Assembly: GCA_965205265.1 (NCBI GenBank)
Contig: CBDBGH010000003.1
Coordinates: forward strand, 4,896,001 to 4,960,000
DNA from: Alphaproteobacteria bacterium
Lineage (GTDB): Bacteria > Pseudomonadota > Alphaproteobacteria > Bin95
Direction: 5' to 3'
Length of the DNA: 64,000 bases
Positions 57,361-64,000 of the stretch are shown here, piece after piece. Within the stretch, counting starts at the first letter, position 1; each line of letters starts with the position of its first letter. A model generated the notes under the pieces. That model saw nothing but the letters and a program-made list of their open reading frames with translations, did not search any database and was not told the DNA's origin. Both the position numbers and the translations under genes were made by a program.

Positions 57361-57975
57361 TAGCCGCTACAGATATTGTGGCATAATATATCGTTACTTA
57401 TTGATATTACGCTGAAATATCACTGCAATAAATCGACATCGATTTTCCGGCGAATTGTGGCGAACCGCTCAAGCTCTCCCCATAGACCAGTGTGTTTATT
57501 GAATAAAGTCTGAGATCTGGCTTTGCGCGCTGGACAGCGGGGTTCCGACCACCGCATCGGGAACCAGGCTCTGGACGAAAGGGCGCCTCCGGGTGAAGGT
57601 CGACGGCAACCGCGAGGCGCCCGGCTGAGAGGAGGCGGCGGAGCGGCGTGGAGAAGCCAGCGCTGTGGACGCCGGAAGACGGACAGCTGATCGGGCCGCA
57701 AGCGTCGGCCGCAGCCGAGTCCGCGACGAGCGGCGCGGGCAAATCATGAGGGCGTCGCGACCTGGACACTCGGCACCGCCAGCAAGCGCATTCGGGACAC
57801 GAGCGGCTGCAAGCCGGTGCGGCAGCGCCTGCCCCTCCCGGCGCGACGGCGGCTCAGGGAGGGATTCTGCGGTTGACCGCCGCCAGAACGCCTGAACCTC
57901 CCTTCAGCAATGAGAGGGGATCGGATTTTCTGGCGGAGATTGCCGACGGGCCCGTCCGTTCCGGCTCTCGAAGGG

Positions 57976-59643
57976 TTACGACGGGCCGGGGAGGTCCGTG
58001 TCCAGCGGTGTCGGCGGCGTCCAACCGCGCCCGGACTCCTTGCGGTCCTCTTCCCGCGGTGGAGCGGTCTCCAGGCCCATGGCCCGGGCCATGGCCGGGA
58101 TGTCCAGACACCCGAAGCCTTCGCCAGCATAACGCCGCTCCTCTTCGTCCGAGAAGGCGGGCGAGATGAGCAACTGGCGGCGCGGCAGGTCGGCCAGATG
58201 CGCCTTGCTCGTGCCCCGAATGTCGTGCAGGAACGCTTGAAAGTCCTCTTTCAGCTTGTCGCACTTGTGCCGGCTGGCATTGCGTTTGCAGCCGGCCATG
58301 GTGAGCAGGGGAGGGTCGCCGTCGTCCACGACAAGGACGTCGATATCGGGAAGGTTCCCGCGCCCCGGGCGCCACGCGCCAGAGGCGGCGTATTCTGTCT
58401 CAGGGCGGGTCCGGAACCAGTCGGCTGCGAACCGTTCGAGCGCGAACCCCTCAAGGGTATGCAGATGACTGAGGGCCCGGTCTATGTCGACGGTAGCCCT
58501 GCCGGCCGCTTCATTGTCGTCCGTCGGCTCTCCACCGAACAACTCGGGGAATACCCCGAGCTGGAAGAGCGCGCTGTTATCCCTCAGGCCCCATCTCACC
58601 CGGCTCCGATTGTCGGCGGCCGGGAAGGCCGTCTGCGGGGTAACCATCTCCAGATGGTCGCGCAGCCGGCCCATGACCGCTTCCAGCGGCTCAGGGGCTT
58701 CCCCCTTCGCGTCCGGGACCCAATTCCGCAACACTTCTGGAAATTCCCGCAGCCGTTCGCCGCGTCCGCCGCGTCCGGCCAGCCACAGAATGGCCCGCCG
58801 GGCCCGGTCGGCCAACTCGACATAGGCCTTGCTGTCGAAGCGCTCGCGCGGGTCTTCCTGAAGAATCCGGCACTCGCTCTCGATAAAGGCGCGCCGCCAG
58901 ACGTCGTCATCAGGCCAGGCTTCGAAATCCCTCAACGCCTCGAATTCGTCATCCATGGTGAACCGTTCCCAAGGGCGCGGCAGGCCATCCCAGGCCGTCC
59001 AGAGCGTGAGGAACCGACCCGGATGGCGCAGGAATCCCTGGTCCGAGGCCATTTCGAGCACGGTCTCGACCGGCCAAGGCCTTACCTGGACGCCCGGATT
59101 GCTTCTGCCATGGAGTGGCTGGTCCACCCGAAACATGTGCAGCATTTGCTGCTGGTGCGACCCCATCAGCACCAGCTTGCCGGACGGAGGCTCGCCCTTC
59201 ATGCGCCGGATCTCGTCGATTATGTATTTGATCGATGGCACGATGCCGGCCGGCGCGGCATGGTGGAACTCGTCGAGCGCCACGATCGCGCCCTTCATCA
59301 GCAGCTGCCTGACGATGTCCGTGAAGCGAAATCCGGGGCTGTAGGAACCGTCCAGACGCGGCATGTCCTCCAGCAGCGGCGACAGACCATCATACTGCAC
59401 CTGGTCGGCCAGGGCCTCTAGGCACGCGGCCGCATCGCCAGAGGGAAGCTCCACATGCAGAAAGGGAATCGCGGGGTCGCGGTCGTGGCATACCTCGTGC
59501 AGCAGGCGGGTCTTGCCGACCCCGCGCCGACCCAGAATCGTATAAGTGCCGAACCGGCGCCGACGCCGGTTCGGATCGAGACCCAGACGAAGCGCCAGAT
59601 CGCGAGACTCGTTCGCCCGCCCGTAGAAACCCCAATGAACCAT
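57976..59643 (-). CDS. ATPase_2-like ATPase with C-terminal PD-(D/E)XK (DUF234-like) domain
   Basis: FYGR..E, GRRGVGKT, LDEF, MGS, DIDV..GCK. Confidence 0.82.
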   Translation of the reverse strand: MVHWGFYGRANESRDLALRLGLDPNRRRRRFGTYTILGRRGVGKTRLLHEVCHDRDPAIPFLHVELPSGDAAACLEALADQVQYDGLSPLLEDMPRLDGSYSPGFRFTDIVRQLLMKGAIVALDEFHHAAPAGIVPSIKYIIDEIRRMKGEPPSGKLVLMGSHQQQMLHMFRVDQPLHGRSNPGVQVRPWPVETVLEMASDQGFLRHPGRFLTLWTAWDGLPRPWERFTMDDEFEALRDFEAWPDDDVWRRAFIESECRILQEDPRERFDSKAYVELADRARRAILWLAGRGGRGERLREFPEVLRNWVPDAKGEAPEPLEAVMGRLRDHLEMVTPQTAFPAADNRSRVRWGLRDNSALFQLGVFPELFGGEPTDDNEAAGRATVDIDRALSHLHTLEGFALERFAADWFRTRPETEYAASGAWRPGRGNLPDIDVLVVDDGDPPLLTMAGCKRNASRHKCDKLKEDFQAFLHDIRGTSKAHLADLPRRQLLISPAFSDEEERRYAGEGFGCLDIPAMARAMGLETAPPREEDRKESGRGWTPPTPLDTDLPGPS

Positions 59644-59745
59644 GGTCCGGTTCCGACCCCAGCCCGACCGGACCTAACTGGACCCGGAGGCTGAAACGGT
59701 CAAGGGCACTCTCCACCGGAAGCGACGGCCGGGCAAGGGGAATTA

Positions 59746-59975
59746 TACCAGCGGCGGTAGTGTCTGACTCATGGGGGATTCCCTGGAGGCCCGGTTTCTG
59801 ATTCAAGGCGGGAGCCTTGGATTGGAGGGTTTTTATGGGAGCTGCGCTTCCGTTGCGTGGAGATTTCGATGCGGCTGGTCTGCGTCGTGTTGCGAAGCGG
59901 AGCCGGGACGGTGCGCAGAGCCGTCGTCTTCTGGCGCTTGCGATGATCTACGAGGGTCATTGCCGTTCGGATTGC
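59746..59975 (+). pseudogene. Truncated IS630-family left end and transposase start
   Basis: TA|TACCAGCG end; LRGDFDAAGLRR.A..RRLLALA.IYEG, then similarity is lost. Confidence 0.72.
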
Positions 59976-60423
59976 GGCAGAAATTGGTTGAAGAAGAAAC
60001 CCCGCCTGAATTGCGGGAAGGGGATTGGCTCGAAGGCCGCGAGACTGGACTCGAGCATGCCTCAGACCGCCTTCACGGCTGTAGCGGCCAAGCCCTCGCA
60101 TGGCCTCCCGGCGGACAGCCTCGCGGATGCTGTCACCATTCCCGGTGCTCCTTCGCAGCGGCATGGGACTGCCTGTTCCCGAATAGCATCCGGAAGGAAA
60201 TTCCTTGTCAAGCCGGACTCCGCAGGAGTGCCGCGGGAATGACGGGCGGGCCGGTGTCGCCCAGGCGGGGAGTTGGAGTGCCCTGGGGCAGGAAACCCCT
60301 TGTGTCTGCTCTGACTCTGGGGCTAATGAAGCGCTTATCCAGACAAGAACGGCCCGGAACCTACCGAAATAAAAGGAATTATCTAAATTTCGGAGATGCC
60401 ACAAAATCTGTAGCGGCTATCCT

Positions 60424-62339
60424 CCTGACTTCGACGGTTGGGCTGACTTCTGACCGATCTCGCGTCTGGAGTTTTCAGTAAAGCCAATGAGTTGGCAGTT
60501 GCGGTGCGGTCAAGCTGCGTTGTAGTGCCTAGTAAATCTTTGAGACTGTCAATGCCTCCGCCACGCGCTACACTCCCCCCATGTTCGTGCGCATCAAGAC
60601 CTCCCCCAACAGCCCGCGACGCTCGGTCCAGATCGTCGAGGCCGTGCGCGACGGCGGCAAGGTCCGACAGCGCATCGTCCGCCATGTCGGCGTGGCCATG
60701 GACGAGGACGAGCTCGAGCGCCTGAGGCAGCTCGGCGAGTACGTCAAGGCGAAGCTGGAGGACGAGCGTCAGCCGGCATTGTTTGCGCCCGAGAAGATCG
60801 CTGAGCAGGCGATCCGTGTCGGCCGCCGGGGGGACGGCAAGGAGGAACTCCCGGTCGACCTCAAGCAGCTTGAAGAGGAGCAGCGCCTGATCACAGGCAT
60901 CCACGAGGTCTATGGCGAGATCTACCGGCTGCTGGGCCTCGACGCGCTGCTGCCGCGCTCGCGCTACCGGGCCTCCCATGACGCGCTGTTCCATGTGGTG
61001 ATGGCGCGGGTAGCCAACCCCGACAGCAAGCGGGGCAGCGTGCGCCGGCTCGAGGAGGACTTCGGCGTGAGTCTTCCGCTCGAGAAGGTCTACCGGATGA
61101 TGGATCAGCTCGACGCGACGGTGATCGAGCGACTGCGCACGCGCGTCGGCGAGGCGAGCCGGTCGCTGCTGCCGGAGCCGGTCGCGATCCTCTTCTTCGA
61201 TTGCACCACGCTCTACTTCGAGACGGCCGCCGAGGACGAGCTTCGCCAGCACGGCTTCAGCAAGGACGGCAAACACAAGGACTCGCAGGTTCTGCTGGCG
61301 CTGATGGTGACGCGCGAAGGGCTGCCGATCAGCTACGAGGTCTTCCCCGGCGCCACCTACGAGGGACACAGCATGGTCCCGGTCCTGCAGGACATGCAGC
61401 GCCGCCACCAGGTGGAGCGCACGGTATGCGTGGCCGACCGGGGCATGCTGAGCGCCGACAACCTCGACGCCATGGACGCCATCGGCGGCGAGTATGTCGT
61501 CGGCGCGCGGCTGCGCAAGCTGCCGCTCGCGCTGCTGGGGCAGGTTCTCGACCCCGGGACCTATGCCCCGCTGGAGGGCTCACAGGACCGCCGGGTCGGC
61601 GAGTGGGAGTACAAGGGCCGTCGCCTGATCGTCGTCTTCTGCCCCCAGCGCGCACGCAAGGACGCGCACGAGCGCCGCCATCAGGTGGAACGCCTGCTCG
61701 ACAGGCTGGCCCGCAGCGACAATCCCAGGGAACTGCTCTCCAATCACGGGGCGAAGCGCTTCATCGCCGTCGAGGGCGACGCACGGCTCACGGTGAACCC
61801 GGAGAAGATCGCCGAGGCCGCACGATGGGACGGGCTCACCGGCGTCATCACCAATCTGCGCGACGCGCGCGTCACCGAAGTGATGGCTCACTACCAGGGG
61901 CTCTGGCAGGTCGAGGAGAGCTTCCGGATCACCAAACACGACCTGAAGATACGTCCCATCTGGCACTGGAACCCGGACCGGATCCGCGCTCACATCGCCA
62001 TCGCCTTCCTGGCCTTCGCCTGCGTTCGACACCTTGCGTACCGCGTCGCCATCCAGAAGCGGCGGATGTCCCCGGAGGTCATCCGCTCCGCCCTCGTCCA
62101 CCGCCAGTGCTCCCTGCTGCGCTGTCGGCAATCGGGCAACCGCTACGTCATCCCCTCGAAGCCGACACCGGCGGCGGAGCAGATTTACGCAACCATGGGG
62201 CTGCCCCTGACGATCACCCCGTATCAACTCGCCTGACCGTCGACGAAGCACGGCTCGAAGAAATGCCGGATGTAGTGCCTAGCCGAAATGAGAACCAGGC
62301 AATATCAACTACTTATGCGAATCAACCGTCGAAGTCAGG
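60424..62339 (+). mobile_element. IS1634-family IS, copy 2 (1916 bp), no flanking duplication
   Basis: Same 17-bp TIRs; identical 551-aa transposase. Confidence 0.95.
60581..62236 (+). CDS. IS1634-family DDE transposase
   Basis: Same protein as 3065-4720. Confidence 0.93.
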   Translation: MFVRIKTSPNSPRRSVQIVEAVRDGGKVRQRIVRHVGVAMDEDELERLRQLGEYVKAKLEDERQPALFAPEKIAEQAIRVGRRGDGKEELPVDLKQLEEEQRLITGIHEVYGEIYRLLGLDALLPRSRYRASHDALFHVVMARVANPDSKRGSVRRLEEDFGVSLPLEKVYRMMDQLDATVIERLRTRVGEASRSLLPEPVAILFFDCTTLYFETAAEDELRQHGFSKDGKHKDSQVLLALMVTREGLPISYEVFPGATYEGHSMVPVLQDMQRRHQVERTVCVADRGMLSADNLDAMDAIGGEYVVGARLRKLPLALLGQVLDPGTYAPLEGSQDRRVGEWEYKGRRLIVVFCPQRARKDAHERRHQVERLLDRLARSDNPRELLSNHGAKRFIAVEGDARLTVNPEKIAEAARWDGLTGVITNLRDARVTEVMAHYQGLWQVEESFRITKHDLKIRPIWHWNPDRIRAHIAIAFLAFACVRHLAYRVAIQKRRMSPEVIRSALVHRQCSLLRCRQSGNRYVIPSKPTPAAEQIYATMGLPLTITPYQLA

Positions 62340-62587
62340 ATCCGCTCCGGGGCCTGCCGGGCTACGGCTTCCTGGAGAAGGGACCCGCCGGACGTGCCGG
62401 AGGCCCGTTCGAGCGGTGGGGCATGGACAAGCGTGTCTTCCAGGACACAGTCGGTCATGTACTCGGTCGGGACATGCCTTACATGCGCATACGGCCAGCA
62501 ATCGCCGGCCCGGGTGACCTCGTAAACCGGCTCCGCGGTTCCCCGCCTGACCACCCTGTCGCCCTTGGCGAACCTGGAATCGGCCAT
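62340..62587 (-). pseudogene. Hypothetical gene truncated by IS copy 2
   Basis: GGAGG+MADSRFAKGDRV; frame runs into the IS. Confidence 0.55.
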
Positions 62588-62616
62588 CCTCCTGTCCTCC
62601 GGGCCCGGTGTCGCGG

Positions 62617-62835
62617 TTATCCGCTCTCGAACGTCCCGGTGCGGGCGTCCCAGACGTCGGAATCGATGCCGTTGCACCGGACGATGTAGCGGCCCTCGCC
62701 GTAGTCGAGAAGCCGCTCGAAGGCTTCCTCGCGATTCGGCCCGGGCGAGTGTTCCGAAGTATTGACGGTTTCGGTGATCGCCATGGTCTCGTCGCCGGTT
62801 TCGTGCAGCCGGATGATTTGTGCGGCGGCGTTCAT
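62617..62835 (-). CDS. Small hypothetical protein
   Basis: GGAGG RBS; ATGA overlap with upstream gene. Confidence 0.55.
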   Translation of the reverse strand: MNAAAQIIRLHETGDETMAITETVNTSEHSPGPNREEAFERLLDYGEGRYIVRCNGIDSDVWDARTGTFESG

Positions 62836-62975
62836 GACGTTTCCTCCCTGGTATCCTGCGTCATTCGGGGCGTATCCCGGTCGGCGATCAGGGTCGCTTC
62901 CTCGACGTTCCGGCCGGCGTCGCGGGCGGCCGAGTAGATGCGTTCGTACGCGGCCTCGTATTCGGCCTGGGTCAT
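62832..62975 (-). CDS. Small hypothetical protein
   Basis: MTQAEYEAAYERIY. Confidence 0.45.
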   Translation of the reverse strand: MTQAEYEAAYERIYSAARDAGRNVEEATLIADRDTPRMTQDTREETS

Positions 62976-63332
62976 TTTCCGTTTGCCGCCCGTGCCGCCA
63001 GGCCCTGCTCCGGTCCGGCTGCGGGTTTCGGACAGGAGGCCGCGGGCTATCCAGGCCGAGAAGCGGGCGCGTCCGGGAGGCAGGACGGTAAACATCCGGG
63101 CCTGGGGCCCTTCCTCGCCGATGAAGGCCGACACGGCATCATGTCCGGTTGTCCTGAACAGGATCACGGCACCGGGACTCCGGTGTATCCGGAAGTCCAG
63201 AAACCGGGGTCAGGGCGGCGGCGCGCGAAAGGGGGTTGTGCTAACGAAAGACCCGTCGCCGACCATAGGCTCTCTACGGTCTGGCGCCGCCGCCCTGTCT
63301 CGGGAGCCGGACCCGGAAAGAGGCCGGCAGGT

Positions 63333-63596
63333 TCAGCCATCGGGCAATTCCCTGAAGGCATCGCGGACCGCCCGCTGCGCCTGATGCATGCGCACAGGCC
63401 CGCGGGCGTCCAGAACGCCCGATATGTGTGTGTCGCGCCGCTGCATGGGCCTGAGCGGCGTCCACTTGAAGGACCGTCCGCCGCGAGGCTCTTGGTGCTC
63501 CTCGATATAGCCGAGCACCAGGCTGCCATGGCTGACGCAGCTCATGGTCACTCCGCGTCCGCGGTGGAAGTCCGGCGTGGAGCACACGACTTTCAT
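63333..63596 (-). CDS. Small hypothetical protein
   Basis: GGGGAG RBS; MKVVCSTPDF. Confidence 0.5.
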   Translation of the reverse strand: MKVVCSTPDFHRGRGVTMSCVSHGSLVLGYIEEHQEPRGGRSFKWTPLRPMQRRDTHISGVLDARGPVRMHQAQRAVRDAFRELPDG

Positions 63597-63869
63597 TCCG
63601 GCATCTCCCCTTTCATGGCGAGCCACCATCGGCATACGGACGGCCAGTGGTAGCCGAGGAGGTAGGCGGGGACCCCGCCGGCGATGGTCAGGGTCAAGGC
63701 GATGAGCAGGTCTTCGGGAGAGATGCAGATCATCGCCCGGTCCTCTGGAGGACACTACGCATACCGGCCTCCTTGCCTTGAGTCCTCGTGAAGCTGTGTC
63801 CCGGAAGAGGAAAGCCTTTCCGGCATTGTGTCGAATGGCGTTGATCGACGGTCGCGGCCAGTGCTTGCG

Positions 63870-63898
63870 AGTATATGACTATCCGATAATTCTTGCAA
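63870..63898 (-). promoter_or_regulatory. Promoter P6 with operator half-site
   Basis: TTGCAA-17-TATACT; TATCCGATAA in the same spacer position as P1-P5. Confidence 0.62.
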
Positions 63899-64000
63899 GC
63901 TGCTTGTCATGAAAATCAGCTTGTTGTATGTATGGCTGGCGGAATGTAGCCGGAGGTGAGGCGATGCGGAAGGGGATGGTATCGGCTTTTGTCGTGGCGG

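Larger units (their letters stand above)
57359..60421. mobile_element. Non-autonomous element bounded by 26-bp inverted repeats
   Basis: 57359-57384 vs 60396-60421, 25/26 identical; AT-rich subterminal DNA. Confidence 0.7.

Noticed and set aside
978-57371. A 56-kb Tn7/Mu-like transposon with TGTAGCGGCTATC...GATAGCCGCTACA ends
   Set aside because: No 5-bp duplication (GAATT vs GATAT), and similarity among the three copies extends the other way, so GATAGC is the outer edge
60362-60389. dif/pdif-like site (..AAATAA-N6-TTATCTAAAT)
   Set aside because: Both arms match Xer consensus poorly; treated as subterminal element DNA
2962-62339. Composite transposon formed by the two inverted IS1634 copies
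   Set aside because: Copy 1 has its own target duplication, and the outer flanks do not match

Overview
GC-rich accessory DNA with no housekeeping operons, most likely part of a large conjugative plasmid or ICE (inference). The DnaG and IS630 style suggest an alphaproteobacterial host; ankyrin, pentapeptide and TbpB-like lipoprotein cargo suggest a host-associated one. It carries dispersed type IVB (Dot/Icm, IncI1-like) transfer genes: DotL/IcmO with a class 3 intein in its Walker A motif, DotM, DotA/TraY, a DsbC-like protein, TraV/TraW-like and TcpQ/PilL-like proteins, and two tandem pilin-like genes. It also has a DnaG primase, five orphan DNA methyltransferase genes, and HipA, AbiE and AbrB-Doc toxin modules. 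Mobile elements are two IS1634-family copies (one with a 64-bp target duplication), a cargo-carrying IS21 element, and a 3.06-kb element bounded by unassigned 26-bp inverted repeats. The strongest unexplained signals are: (1) about a dozen unrelated cargo proteins ending in similar acidic, Pro-rich C-terminal tails, a candidate T4BSS translocation tag; (2) six minus-strand sigma70-like promoters sharing an AATCCGATTG-N6-CAATCGGATT-type operator; (3) two cas-less clusters of CRISPR-repeat-like CATTGAAG units; (4) a candidate inverton over a lipoprotein signal peptide; (5) a highly structured non-coding transcript upstream of dnaG. All family calls come from motifs read by eye, not from database searches. 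No rRNA, tRNA, relaxase or replication initiator was recognised.
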